A stretch of DNA of 64,000 bases from Planctomycetota bacterium (lineage in GTDB: Bacteria; Planctomycetota; Phycisphaerae; Phycisphaerales; Phycisphaeraceae): positions 7,909 to 71,908 of the forward strand of contig JBCCOW010000010.1 of NCBI GenBank assembly GCA_039025195.1. Reading direction: 5' to 3'. The notes under the pieces were generated by a model. That model ran no database searches and was not told the DNA's origin. It saw only the letters and a list, made by a program, of their open reading frames with translations. A program made the position numbers and the translations under genes. The number at the start of each line of letters is the position of its first letter. Positions within the stretch are counted from its first letter, which is position 1. Below, in pieces: positions 28,864 through 38,301 of this stretch.

Positions 28864-29342
28864 TGGGCGAAGACGTCCTCCATGAGTCGGTTGCGGAGCT
28901 CGTCGAGGGCGGCGAGGGCTTTGTCGCGGTCCTCGGCGTACATCGCGTGGATGTACAGGGTGTTGCCGTCGTCGGAAACGTCGGTCGAGAGCGTGCCGGG
29001 CGTGAGGGTGATCGCGGAGGCGAGGGTGGTGGTCTGCACCGCGTCGAGCTCGGAGACGTCGTAGCGGATGAAGCAGGGCTTCATCGAGTGGCCGGGCGTG
29101 AGGATTTCTTTGGCGACCTCGATGTTGGCCTCGATGAGGATGCGGATGAAGTAGCCCAGGAACCGGACGCGGGTCCAGAGCCGGCCGAGGTAGTTCCCCT
29201 GACCGAGCGCGATCGCGAGGATGTGCGTGATCAACGCCCCGGCGAGGAAGCCCATCAGCAGGTGGAAGAAGCTCGCATCCTGATTCAGGATGATCCAGAC
29301 GCCGGCCAGGACGAGATTGAGCAGGAACAGCGGGAGGGTCAA
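28860..29342 (-). CDS. mrpE: Na+/H+ antiporter Mrp/Mnh subunit E
   Basis: 160 aa. Contains LANIEVAKEILTPG-like IEANIEVAKEILTPGHSMKP and ITLTPGTLS. Confidence 0.88.
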   Translation of the reverse strand: MTLPLFLLNLVLAGVWIILNQDASFFHLLMGFLAGALITHILAIALGQGNYLGRLWTRVRFLGYFIRILIEANIEVAKEILTPGHSMKPCFIRYDVSELDAVQTTTLASAITLTPGTLSTDVSDDGNTLYIHAMYAEDRDKALAALDELRNRLMEDVFAQ

Positions 29343-31012
29343 GGCAGCACCTCCGCGGGTTGAGTGGTCGCAGGTGCGTCAACGGGTGCGGGGCCGTCGA
29401 GGTTGGCGATGCCTTCGGGGCCGAGTACGGCTTCGATATACGCGGTGCGGTCAGCGATCTGGTCGCCGGCGTTGAAGGCGATCTCGTAGACCGCCTCGCT
29501 GCCGAACCCGAGGAACAGGGCGATCGCGACGAGCAGCGCAACGCCGAGGTAGGCCGATCGGTTGGTGGCCTTGACGTGCGAGGGCTGGCGAGCGACGGGG
29601 GCCTGGTCGGGGTTCCAGAAGCCGTAGCTCCAGATCTTGAGCATGGACAGAAGCGTGAGGGCCCCGGTGAGCAGCCCGAGCACGGATAGCACCCAGAGGT
29701 TGGACCAGCCGGCCTGGATGATGACGATCTTGCCACCGAAGCCCGAGAGCGGCGGGAACCCGACAAGGCTCATCGCGGCGATGAAGAAGAGCACCGCGAG
29801 GAAGACGTCCCGCTTGAGCAGGCCGCCGAGCTTGTCGAGGTCGTCGGTGCCGGCGTGCTTCTCCATGAGGCCGCAGCAGAGGAACAACGCGCACTTCACG
29901 ATGATGTTGTGGACCATATGGAACACGCAGCCGCCGATCGCAAACGCGGCGATGGTCCGTCCCGTGAGTTGCCCGCCGAGCACCGCCCCGCGGTCGACCC
30001 ACACCGCGACCGCAATACCCGCCGCCATGTATCCGACCTGGCTGATCACGTGCACCGCCAGGATCTTCCGGACCCGGTGCTGCGAGACCGCGCCGAGCAC
30101 GCCGAGGAACATCGTGACGCCTGCCGTGATTGCGAGGGTGACGGCAATCACGTCGCTGCTGCCGCCGGCCCCGTCTGATGCGAAGACGCCGGGGAATAGC
30201 CGGACGATCGTGTAGACCCCGACCTTGGTCAGGAGCCCGCCGAAGAGCCCGCCGATCGCGATCGGCAGGGTGTAGTACGTGTCGGGCAGCCAGAACCAGA
30301 GCGGGAAGAACGCGCCCTTGACCGCGAAGACCAGCAGCAGCATCACGGACAATGCGGTGAACCCGGCGGGGAGTTCGCGGGTCGGGTCGGCCTCGATCTC
30401 GGCGATGATCCGTGCGAGGTCGGCCATGTTCAGCGTGCCGAACATCCCGTAGGTCATGCCCGCGGACATGAGCAGGATCGTGCCGGCGAGCACGTTGAGC
30501 AGGACGTACTTGTACGCCTGCCGGAGCTGCGCCCTGCCCGAGCCGATGGTCAGCAGCGCGTAGCTGGCCATGAGCATGACCTCGTAGCCGACGAAGAGGT
30601 TGAACAGGTCGCCGGTGACGAACGAGAGGTTCACGCCGACCAGCAGGAACTGGAACAGCGGGTGGAAGTATCGGCGTTCAACGCCCGGGTCGAGGCTGGA
30701 GAAGCTGTGCAGGTAGGCGGCGAGCGCGGTGACCATCGCCGCGGTGACGAGGATGCCCGAGAGGCTGTCGTAGATGACGACGATACCGAAGGGTGCCTTC
30801 CAGTTGCCCATTTCGGAGACGAGCACGTCGCCGCCGTTGGCGGTGAGCTGCAGGAGCAGCCCGAGCGCGAGCCCGAGCGTGAGCAGGATGCTGGACACGC
30901 CGATGGCCCGCGACCAGAAGCGTGAATTGATCACAGCCAGGGACAGCAGCCCCGCCACCAGCGGGATCACGATCAGCAGGGCCACGAGGTCGTGGACGGG
31001 CGGGACGCTCAT
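29339..31012 (-). CDS. mrpD: Na+/H+ antiporter Mrp/Mnh subunit D (NuoM/N-like proton-conducting subunit)
   Basis: 557 aa, multi-TM, with Proton_antipo_M-type motifs. It has 4-bp overlaps with mrpC and mrpE. Confidence 0.88.
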   Translation of the reverse strand: MSVPPVHDLVALLIVIPLVAGLLSLAVINSRFWSRAIGVSSILLTLGLALGLLLQLTANGGDVLVSEMGNWKAPFGIVVIYDSLSGILVTAAMVTALAAYLHSFSSLDPGVERRYFHPLFQFLLVGVNLSFVTGDLFNLFVGYEVMLMASYALLTIGSGRAQLRQAYKYVLLNVLAGTILLMSAGMTYGMFGTLNMADLARIIAEIEADPTRELPAGFTALSVMLLLVFAVKGAFFPLWFWLPDTYYTLPIAIGGLFGGLLTKVGVYTIVRLFPGVFASDGAGGSSDVIAVTLAITAGVTMFLGVLGAVSQHRVRKILAVHVISQVGYMAAGIAVAVWVDRGAVLGGQLTGRTIAAFAIGGCVFHMVHNIIVKCALFLCCGLMEKHAGTDDLDKLGGLLKRDVFLAVLFFIAAMSLVGFPPLSGFGGKIVIIQAGWSNLWVLSVLGLLTGALTLLSMLKIWSYGFWNPDQAPVARQPSHVKATNRSAYLGVALLVAIALFLGFGSEAVYEIAFNAGDQIADRTAYIEAVLGPEGIANLDGPAPVDAPATTQPAEVLP

Positions 31013-31500
31013 GCGGGCTCCCCCCTCTCCGGGTCGTTGCCGCGGTCGGGCTGCGGGCCGTGCGTAGTGCGGTTCTCGTCGTCTTCGGATAGCACCGGCA
31101 CCGGTGGGTCGTCGGCCTCGGCGGGCCGCGCGAGCTCATCGAGGTCAAGCGTGCCCTGCGACCGGGAGGTCTTGACCAGCAGCGTGAGCAGGAATGCCAT
31201 GACGCCGAAGCTGATCACGATGGCGGTCAGGATGAGCGCCTGCGGCAGCGGGTCGACCAGCAGGTCGAGCGGGGCGGCCGCGGGTTCGCCCTGCCCGAGG
31301 ATGGGCGGGCGTTTGACGCTTTCGACCATGCCGTCGTCGCCGACGATCAGCGGGCTGCCGGACTGGGCGAGGATGCACAGGTTCGCGGCGTGCCCGAGCA
31401 GGAACACACCCATAGCGACGGACTTGAGCTCTTTGCTGAGCATCAGGTAGATGCTGGTGCCGAAGATGACCGCGACGCAGACGGAGACGATGAGCGTCAT
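31009..31500 (-). CDS. mrpC: Na+/H+ antiporter Mrp/Mnh subunit C (NuoK-like) with acidic/Pro-rich C-terminal tail
   Basis: 163 aa. NuoK-like N-terminal ~115 aa (FGTSIYLMLSKELKSVAMGVFLLGHAANL) plus a ~45-aa tail. Confidence 0.85.
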   Translation of the reverse strand: MTLIVSVCVAVIFGTSIYLMLSKELKSVAMGVFLLGHAANLCILAQSGSPLIVGDDGMVESVKRPPILGQGEPAAAPLDLLVDPLPQALILTAIVISFGVMAFLLTLLVKTSRSQGTLDLDELARPAEADDPPVPVLSEDDENRTTHGPQPDRGNDPERGEPA

Positions 31501-31976
31501 ACCGCACCCCCTTCGCCACCCGCCTCTTCCGGTGATGCACCGGGGGGATCATCGAGATCCTCGCACTCCTCGGAGAGCCGGGTGATCATGCCGACGGACA
31601 CGCCAATGACGACGAAGACGACGCCGAGATCAAAAACGAGCGCGGTGGCGAGGTGGACGGTTTCGCCGAAGAGCAGGGGGACGTCGCCGGTCCAGGAGGT
31701 GAGCACGGGCAGGCCGAGGAGCATCGGGCCGAGCGCGGTGAGGGTGGCGAACCCGAGGCCGAGCGTGACCAGGACGCGGGGGTGCACGGGGATGATGTCC
31801 CAGAGCGAGCCGGGGCCGGCCGCCATGCGATAGAGGGCCAGCGCGGTGGCGAGGATGAGCCCGCCGATGAAGCCGCCGCCGGGCTCGTTGTGGCCCTTGA
31901 TGGTCATGTAGACGCCGAAGAGCAGGGTGAGCGGGAACAGCAGCCGCATCGCGGTCCGCAGGAGCATGGAGCTCAT
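31497..31976 (-). CDS. mrpB: Na+/H+ antiporter Mrp/Mnh subunit B
   Basis: 159 aa. Contains the GHNEPGGGFIGGL signature of the MnhB domain. Confidence 0.88.
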   Translation of the reverse strand: MSSMLLRTAMRLLFPLTLLFGVYMTIKGHNEPGGGFIGGLILATALALYRMAAGPGSLWDIIPVHPRVLVTLGLGFATLTALGPMLLGLPVLTSWTGDVPLLFGETVHLATALVFDLGVVFVVIGVSVGMITRLSEECEDLDDPPGASPEEAGGEGGAV

Positions 31977-34525
31977 GCCACGCCCCCTTCCGCGATGTGC
32001 GGGTTGGCGTTACGGCCCTCGCTGACCAGCGTGCGGTGCGGGCCCGGGTTGAGGTCGGGCCGGCCACGCTTCCGCCGAGGCAGCATCGACCACACACCGA
32101 TGGCCGCAAGCCCGAGGACCGCGATCTCGCCGTAGGTGTCGAGGGCCCGGAAGTCGACGAGGATGACGTTGACGATGTTGTCGCCGCCGCCGCCGCGGGT
32201 CGTGTCCAGCGGGGTGGGTTGCAGCTGGACCTTCTCACCGGCTTCGTTGTATTCGTAGTTGCCGTAGCTGTGCTGAGCGAGGGTTTCGCCGACGCGGAAC
32301 TGTGGATCGGAGCTTGCGGCCGTGAGTGTCATCCACCCGAACGCCAGCCCAACGCTCGCCGCGATCGCCACCCGGCCGAGCCTGCCCACCAACACCTGCT
32401 TGACCCTTTTCTCCTTCGGCAGCAGCCGCAGCACGATCACGAACAGGATCACCGAGATGATCTCGAACATCAGCTGCGTCAGCGCGAGGTCCGGGGCCTG
32501 GTAGACGATGTAGATGCCGACGACGGAGAACCCGGTCGCCCCGAGGAACACGACGCGGATGATGCGGGACTTGGTGAACGGGATCGCCAGGGCGGTGAAG
32601 CAGGTGATGGCCCCAAGCAGGATGCCGATGCCGTAGCCCGAGCCGGGGGTGAGGGCGATCATCTGCCGCATGGCTTGATCGGGCAGGGCGGCCCAGCCAA
32701 AGGTCAGCAGGAAGAAGCCCAGGATGAAGAGCATGTAGTGCTTGAGGTTGCCGGTCTGGACGAGCCGGAAGACCCGGCCGCCGCCCGTGACCGACAGGAA
32801 GTAAGCGAAGGGGTAGATGTGGTCGTGGATGTCTTTGTGCTCGTGCCGGGCGAGCTTGCTGATGCCGAGCAGCACGCCGCCGCCGATGGCCAGGAACGAC
32901 ATCAGCAGCGGTAAACTTGGGTGCGTGATCGCGTACCAGAGGCTCGGCACGCCCTTGTCCATCGAGAAGTAGTTCGCGTTGATCTCGAACGGCAAGAACA
33001 GGGCGTCCCACACGGGCGGGATCAGTCCGCCGACGTATTGCAGCGAGACGATCAACAGGCCGGGCAGCCAGATCATCGCGGCCATGAGGCCGTGCTCGTG
33101 GTGATGCTCGTAGTGGTGGTCGTCGTGGTTGTCGTGGTCGTGCGGCTCGGCCTTGAGCCCGAACCGCCAGCCCATGAGGGTCGTGAGCAGCCGCACGAAG
33201 ATCGCGACGTTGCACATCGCGGTGGCCACCGTCATCGCCATCACCAGCCATAGCCAACGTGCTTCCTCTGCGGCGTGATAGACCGCGTAAAGGAACAGTT
33301 CTTTGGCTGGGAAGCTGATCGTTCCGGGCCCCGCCGCCAAGGCGTAACCCGCCAGCAGCATCGTGATGCAGATCGCCTTGTGCTTATGGAAAGCCCCGAA
33401 CAACTCGGGCAGCTGCCGCGACGCGACGTGCCCGATCGCCCCGGCCGCGATGAACAGCGGGGCCTTGTAGAACGCGTGGTTGGCGATCTGCGTGATATCG
33501 AAATCGATCGTCGGCGAGCCCTTGTAGGTGTAGCCGGCGAGCCCGTACATGGTCATCAGCAGCCCGAGCTGCGAGACCGTTGTGTACGCGAAGATGCGTT
33601 TGAGGTCGTACTGATTCAGGGCCAGGACCCCACCGATCAGCATCGTCACCGCCCCGAACGGCACGATGACCCCCGCCCAGACATCCACCGCCGCGAACGC
33701 GGGCATCAGCCGGCCGACCAGGAACACGCCCGCCTTCACCATGGTCGCCGAGTGCAGGAACGCCGAGACCGGCGTCGGCGCCGCCATCGCCCCGGGCAGC
33801 CAGTAGTGCATCGGCCACTGCGCCGACTTCGCCGCTGCCCCGATAAACATCAGCACGAAGGCCCACATCACCCCGTCATTCCCCCAGTCGATCGACCCCG
33901 CGCCCTCGAGCATCGTGCTCCACCGCCACACACCCGTCGAGTCCCCGAACAGCAGGATGCCGCCCAGCAGCGCGAGCCCGCCCAGCCCCGTGGTGAAGAA
34001 CGCCTGCATGCCGAGCTTCACCGCGTGCTTGTTGTACCGGTCCCAACCGATCAGGAAGAACGAGCTGATGCTCGTCATCTCCCAGAACAGCAGCGTGAGC
34101 AGCGTGTAGTCCGCCAGGACCAGCCCCACCATCGCGGTCATAAAGAAGCCCAGCAGCGGGTAGAACCGGGCCAGGTCTTCTTTCGACGTCGGGCCCTCTT
34201 TGCCAAAGTAGCCGCGGGCATACAGCACGATCATCGCCCCGATCCCTGAGACCAGGAGCCCGAAGAAAGCGCCTAACCCGTCGGTCAGGAACGCCAGGTT
34301 GATGTTCAGCGACGGCAGCCAGCCGACCTCGCCGTTCGGCGTCCGGTCCAGTCCGCCCAACGACAGTGACGCGAGGATGCAGAAGAATGCCGTGAGAGGT
34401 CCGCACAGCGCCACCGCGACCCGCAGCGCCACCACCGACTTCGGCAGCCACATCGTCGCCACCCCCGCCGTGACCGGCGCGAGCACCGCCACCAGAATCA
34501 ACCAGACTGACGCGTGCTCAGGCAT
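31973..34525 (-). CDS. mrpA: Na+/H+ antiporter Mrp/Mnh subunit A (NuoL-like domain plus MnhB-like domain)
   Basis: 850 aa. NuoL-like proton-conducting core, C-terminal MnhB-type domain, and a His-rich loop (HDHDNHDDHHYEHHHEH) encoded at about 33091-33147. Confidence 0.9.
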   Translation of the reverse strand: MPEHASVWLILVAVLAPVTAGVATMWLPKSVVALRVAVALCGPLTAFFCILASLSLGGLDRTPNGEVGWLPSLNINLAFLTDGLGAFFGLLVSGIGAMIVLYARGYFGKEGPTSKEDLARFYPLLGFFMTAMVGLVLADYTLLTLLFWEMTSISSFFLIGWDRYNKHAVKLGMQAFFTTGLGGLALLGGILLFGDSTGVWRWSTMLEGAGSIDWGNDGVMWAFVLMFIGAAAKSAQWPMHYWLPGAMAAPTPVSAFLHSATMVKAGVFLVGRLMPAFAAVDVWAGVIVPFGAVTMLIGGVLALNQYDLKRIFAYTTVSQLGLLMTMYGLAGYTYKGSPTIDFDITQIANHAFYKAPLFIAAGAIGHVASRQLPELFGAFHKHKAICITMLLAGYALAAGPGTISFPAKELFLYAVYHAAEEARWLWLVMAMTVATAMCNVAIFVRLLTTLMGWRFGLKAEPHDHDNHDDHHYEHHHEHGLMAAMIWLPGLLIVSLQYVGGLIPPVWDALFLPFEINANYFSMDKGVPSLWYAITHPSLPLLMSFLAIGGGVLLGISKLARHEHKDIHDHIYPFAYFLSVTGGGRVFRLVQTGNLKHYMLFILGFFLLTFGWAALPDQAMRQMIALTPGSGYGIGILLGAITCFTALAIPFTKSRIIRVVFLGATGFSVVGIYIVYQAPDLALTQLMFEIISVILFVIVLRLLPKEKRVKQVLVGRLGRVAIAASVGLAFGWMTLTAASSDPQFRVGETLAQHSYGNYEYNEAGEKVQLQPTPLDTTRGGGGDNIVNVILVDFRALDTYGEIAVLGLAAIGVWSMLPRRKRGRPDLNPGPHRTLVSEGRNANPHIAEGGVA

Positions 34526-34703
34526 GGGCGTGGATCAAACCGTCCCCGTCGGCAACATCACCGACACCCCACCCGCCAAACAACCCCTCCGAGTACAGAG
34601 GCCATCGGTCCGCCAACGAGTCCGACTCAAGTTATCCCTCCCCGCCCGCCCAAAGTTGTAACCGGACACCCTTCACCCTCCCCGCGCTCGCTACGCTGGC
34701 CCT

Positions 34704-35261
34704 ATGCCCGACTCCCCCCAAAACCTCTGGGCCCCCTGGCGGATGGCCTACCTCGAAAACCTCTCCGAGCCCGGCCCCGACCCGGAAGCCCCGCCGCCGC
34801 TGCAACGTGGCAACGGCTGCTTTCTCTGCGACGCCGCCCGTGACGACCTCACCCAACAAGAAGCCGACGATCGCCTCGTCCTCCGCCGATACCCCAGCAC
34901 CGTCCTCCTGCTCAACCGCTACCCCTACGCCAACGGCCACCTGCTCATTGCCCCTCACCAACACGCCGCCGAGCTCTCCGAACTCACCCCGCAATGCCGG
35001 GCCGAGCTCATGGAGACCGCCGAGCTCGCCACCCGCCTACTCAAGGCCGCCTGCCACTGCCAGGGCGTCAACCTCGGGCTCAACCTCGGGCGTGCCGCCG
35101 GCGCCGGCGTCCCCGGCCACCTCCATCTCCATGCCGTCCCCCGTTGGAACGGCGACACCAATTTCATGCAGACCATCCCCGGCGTCCGCGTCATCCCCCA
35201 GGCTCTCGAACAGTCCTACACCCGTCTGCGTGAGACACTGGCCTCGATGGACGACGTGTAG
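34704..35261 (+). CDS. HIT-family nucleotide hydrolase/transferase (Ap4A phosphorylase/GalT-like branch)
   Basis: 185 aa. Contains the CxxC-like GCFLCD, LLNRYPYANGHLLIAP and the histidine triad PGHLHLHAVPRW. Confidence 0.85.
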   Translation: MPDSPQNLWAPWRMAYLENLSEPGPDPEAPPPLQRGNGCFLCDAARDDLTQQEADDRLVLRRYPSTVLLLNRYPYANGHLLIAPHQHAAELSELTPQCRAELMETAELATRLLKAACHCQGVNLGLNLGRAAGAGVPGHLHLHAVPRWNGDTNFMQTIPGVRVIPQALEQSYTRLRETLASMDDV

Positions 35262-35283
35262 CGGGTGACGCGGAGCGTCCCGC

Positions 35284-35652
35284 TCACCCCGCCAAACGCC
35301 CGACCGTTTCATCCAACTGGATGCCGATCCGCCAACCCGAGCCATCACGCCAGCAGTTCACCACCTCACCACCCATCGCAAACCCCGCCTCGTAGCCGTG
35401 CGGCGGGAAGAACACGCTCATCCGCGTGCCGCGCGTGATTTCCTGATCGCAGCGGGCACCCAACCCGTTGGCCGAGCCGTCGACCAGCGTGAGCGACCGG
35501 ATCCGCTTGAGGTTCCCTTCACCGTCTTCCGGTTCCAGCAGGGCCGTGACCCGGCCGTTCATCTTCCGTCTGGGCGAAGACCGCCGCTCGAAGAAATAGC
35601 TGTCCGTTGGGGTCGCGTCCGGGTCCACGTAGCGAAGCGGTGCTGCCGACAT
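35284..35652 (-). CDS. PilZ-domain (c-di-GMP-binding) protein
   Basis: The ATG at 35652 is preceded by AAGGAG 7 nt upstream. RxxxR is present in RRSSPRR and DxSxxG in DGSANG. Confidence 0.7.
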   Translation of the reverse strand: MSAAPLRYVDPDATPTDSYFFERRSSPRRKMNGRVTALLEPEDGEGNLKRIRSLTLVDGSANGLGARCDQEITRGTRMSVFFPPHGYEAGFAMGGEVVNCWRDGSGWRIGIQLDETVGRLAG

Positions 35653-35759
35653 GATGCGTGCTCCTTTGAAGAGAGTCCCCCTTACTGCACGCATCGTCGT
35701 GACAGCCCTTATGGTTAACCGCTACCGCCCGAACCACCCCAAAAACCCGCACAAACCCA

Positions 35760-37364
35760 GTGACTGATCCCGCCCAACACCCATCTGCACCCGATAACCC
35801 GGCCCCATCAGTCGGCTTCGTCAGCCTCGTCGGGGCCGGCCCCGGCGACCCCGGCCTCCTCACCGTCCTCGGGCGGCAGCGTCTCCAACACGCCACCGCC
35901 GTTGTCTTCGACGCTCTGGCCAACCCCGTCCTGATGGACCTCGCTCCGCCCGCCGCCAAGCGGATCGACGTCGGCAAACGCGCGAAGCTCCACAAGGTCA
36001 AACAGCCCGACACCAATCAGCTCCTGGTCGACCTCGCCAAGCAGGGCCACCGCGTCGTCCGCCTCAAGGGCGGCGACCCCTACCTCTATGGACGCGGTGC
36101 GGAAGAGGCCGCGTTCTGTGCGAAACAAGGCGTCCCCTGCGAGGTCATCCCCGGCGTCACCGCCGGCATCGCCGCCCCCGCCTACGCCGGCATCCCCGTC
36201 ACCCACCGCCACCTCGCCTCGACCCTCACCTTCGTCACCGGCCACGAAGACCCCACCAAAGACCAGACCGCGATCGACTACCCCGCACTCGCCGCCCTCA
36301 TCGCCGCCGGCGGCACCGCCTGCTTCTACATGGGCGTCTCCCGCCTGCAAGCCATCTGCGACACCCTTGTGTCCCACGACCTGCCCCGAACCACCCCCGC
36401 CGCCATCGTCCAGTGGGGCACGCTCCCCAAACAACGCCACGTCACCGGCACCCTCGACACCCTGCCCGACAAGACCACCGCCGCCGGCATCAAAGCCCCG
36501 GCCATCATCGTCGTCGGCCCCGTCTGTGCCATCGACGAGCCCGGCCTCGACTTCTTCTTCGACCCCACCCACAAACCGCTGTTCGGCAAGCGTGTCCTCA
36601 TCACCCGTACCCGCCAGCAGGCCAGCGCCCTCCGCGACGCTCTGGCAGCCCTCGGTGCCGAAGTCCTCGAAGCCCCGACCATTGAGATCCACCCACCCGA
36701 CAGCTACGACGAAGTCGATCAGCAGCTCCTAGCCCTGGATCAAACGGACTGGCTCGTGCTGACCTCCGCCAACGCGGTGGGCGTGCTCGCCGACCGGCTC
36801 GATGCGATGAACCTCGACGCCCGCGCCCTCGCCGGCACGAAGCTCGCCGTCGTCGGGCAGGCCACCGCCGACGCCCTGCAGCAACGCCTTACCGTCCGCC
36901 CCGACTTCATCCCCGAGCGTCCTAACGCCGCCGCCCTCGCCGACGAGCTCGCGGACCACACAGACCTGGCCGGGCTGCGCATGTTGCTGCTCCGGGCCGA
37001 CATCGCCGCCGACCCGATCGTTGACGCCCTGTCCGCCGCCGGAGCCCGTGTCTCGACCGTCACTGCCTACCACACCCGCCCCGTCGCCGAGCTGCCCGAG
37101 GCGGTCTGCGAGGCCTTCGACACCGGCAACATCGACGCCGTGACCTTCACCAGCTCTTCCACCGCCCGCAACCTCCACGCCCTGCTGGGCGACAAGGCTG
37201 CCGAGTTGCTCAACACGCCGACCCTCGTCTCGATCGGCCCCATGACCAGCCAGAACCTCCGTGATCTGGGCACTCCCCCCGACGTCGAGGCCGAGCAGCC
37301 CAGCCCCGCGGCCCTTGCTCAGGCCCTGGCTGATCACTTCCGCAAGACCCCCGTGTCGCCGTAA
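35760..37364 (+). CDS. cobA: Bifunctional uroporphyrinogen-III C-methyltransferase / uroporphyrinogen-III synthase
   Basis: 534 aa with a GTG start. N-terminal TP_methylase domain (VSLVGAGPGDPGLLT, GGDPYLYGRG) and a C-terminal HEM4/HemD domain (KRVLITRTRQQA...). Confidence 0.88.
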   Translation: MTDPAQHPSAPDNPAPSVGFVSLVGAGPGDPGLLTVLGRQRLQHATAVVFDALANPVLMDLAPPAAKRIDVGKRAKLHKVKQPDTNQLLVDLAKQGHRVVRLKGGDPYLYGRGAEEAAFCAKQGVPCEVIPGVTAGIAAPAYAGIPVTHRHLASTLTFVTGHEDPTKDQTAIDYPALAALIAAGGTACFYMGVSRLQAICDTLVSHDLPRTTPAAIVQWGTLPKQRHVTGTLDTLPDKTTAAGIKAPAIIVVGPVCAIDEPGLDFFFDPTHKPLFGKRVLITRTRQQASALRDALAALGAEVLEAPTIEIHPPDSYDEVDQQLLALDQTDWLVLTSANAVGVLADRLDAMNLDARALAGTKLAVVGQATADALQQRLTVRPDFIPERPNAAALADELADHTDLAGLRMLLLRADIAADPIVDALSAAGARVSTVTAYHTRPVAELPEAVCEAFDTGNIDAVTFTSSSTARNLHALLGDKAAELLNTPTLVSIGPMTSQNLRDLGTPPDVEAEQPSPAALAQALADHFRKTPVSP

Positions 37365-37513
37365 GCCCCTGTATGGGCCCGCTGAAACCCGCACCCCGCG
37401 TTTGCCGCCTCGTGAGCGGCTCGTTAGGCTACCAACCCCGTTTTACGGCTTGTACGCGGGCCTGTCCCCTTGCCCCGCCTGATCCCACCTATCCCCCCTC
37501 TCTGGAGAACCCC

Positions 37514-37693
37514 ATGCTCGAGACCTACGAACAGCTCAAATCCCTCATCGCTGCGGTTGAAGACGATGTCCGCAAGTCTGCAGGTGGTAACCGCGCGGCC
37601 GGCACCCGTGTCCGCAAGGCCATGCAGGACGTCAAGAACACGGCCCAGGAGCTCCGCAAGCAGGTCCTCGAGAGCCGTAACGACGAGTCCTGA
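37514..37693 (+). CDS. Histone H1-like Hc1-family small nucleoid protein (N-terminal domain only)
   Basis: 59 aa from the ATG at 37514 (GGAGAA upstream). The segment GGNRAAGTRVRKAMQDVKNTAQELRKQVL parallels, from memory, the chlamydial Hc1 segment GNKAAAQRVR...YRKESI. Confidence 0.7.
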   Translation: MLETYEQLKSLIAAVEDDVRKSAGGNRAAGTRVRKAMQDVKNTAQELRKQVLESRNDES

Positions 37694-37782
37694 TCGTCGG
37701 CCCGCCCGGCCATCAGGCCTACACCCCCATAGCCCCGTAGACCCCGCCCGCGTCGCCCCCGCTGCGGCGTGCTTCCCTTGAT

Positions 37783-38265
37783 ATGGCCCCCTCCGCGCTG
37801 CTGTTTGATATCTCGAACGCCTGCTTCGATACCCCGCTGCTCAGCATCGAGCAGATCGAGGCCATCAACCCGCACCGCGGCAACATGCGGCTGCTCGATG
37901 GCGTGGCCTACGAGAGTGACGACCGAACCGACCTCGTGGCCTACAAGGAGATCGGCGACGACGAGTTCTGGTGCGATGGCCACATCCCCGGTCGACCGAT
38001 CTTCCCCGGCGTGCTCATGATCGAGACCGCCGCCCAGTGCGCCTCACTCCAGGCCCAACGCATCATGCACGACCATGCCTTCGGGTTCATTGGGTTCGTC
38101 GGTGTCAACAACGTCAAGTTCCGCGGCCAGGTCGTCCCCGGCGACCGCCTGGTCATGCTCTCCAAGGCCATCGAGGCCAAGCCACGCCGCTGCAAGACCC
38201 TCGCCCAGGGCCTGGTCGACGGCCGTGTCGTCTTCGAGGGCCAGATCACCGGCATGCCCATCTAG
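37783..38265 (+). CDS. FabZ/FabA-like 3-hydroxyacyl-ACP dehydratase (hot-dog fold)
   Basis: 160 aa. Catalytic motif GHIPGRPIFPGVLMIETAAQ. Confidence 0.75.
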   Translation: MAPSALLFDISNACFDTPLLSIEQIEAINPHRGNMRLLDGVAYESDDRTDLVAYKEIGDDEFWCDGHIPGRPIFPGVLMIETAAQCASLQAQRIMHDHAFGFIGFVGVNNVKFRGQVVPGDRLVMLSKAIEAKPRRCKTLAQGLVDGRVVFEGQITGMPI

Positions 38266-38301
38266 CCCACCACACTTTCCCCACTCTCCGGTAACCCGCC
38301 C

